Origin: Podarcis vaucheri
Lineage: Eukaryota
Length of the DNA: 64,000 nt
Reading direction: 5' to 3' (one strand)
NCBI GenBank assembly: GCA_965113315.1
Contig: OZ220368.1
Of this stretch, positions 63,740 to 64,000 are shown in pieces. The notes below the pieces were generated by a model that saw only the letters and a list, made by a program, of their open reading frames with translations, did no database searches and had not been told where the DNA came from. The translations under genes were made by a program, and so were the position numbers. The number at the start of each line of letters is the position of its first letter. The first letter of the stretch is position 1.

Positions 63740-64000
63740 TAAGAATATTTTTTAAACAGCTAAGCATCACAACAACGGCGTAGTAGTTGTATACAACAAT
63801 GAAAATGAAACAGCTAAAACAGATTTTAAAAATAATGAGAAGAAAAATATGCTTCTTCACCAGTAAACGGATCCTGCTGGGACAGCCTGCTAAAACTAAA
63901 TAGTTTTTAGCATCTGACACAATACTGCTTTTTACCCTGAAGTCCACAAAGTCTGAATTTTCTTCTTAGCCCTAGATGATTGTCTCTGTGGGACAGGGCA

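Overview
Squamate (lacertid-like lizard) genomic DNA, judged from Sauria SINEs and other reptile-type repeats. The right third carries the Cdc42 GEF gene FGD2 (DH-PH-FYVE-PH) on the minus strand: 15 coding exons between 41381 and 57953, all with GT-AG junctions and consistent phases. The ATG-containing first exon was not found. The left ~40 kb is repeat-rich intergenic DNA with no supportable coding gene; it probably runs toward PIM1 if mammalian synteny holds (inference). The most unusual structure is a 2.2-kb Penelope-like (GIY-YIG) composite in an FGD2 intron (49220-51386). It is inserted in (TA)n, built from nested inverted repeats, and carries six minimal hammerhead-ribozyme-like motifs. 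Also notable are a TSD-flanked, ORF1-only 'half-L1'-like element, a hAT element carrying a CpG island, solo LTRs that supply promoter and polyA signals around FGD2, and two clusters of immune transcription-factor motifs. There are two assembly gaps.
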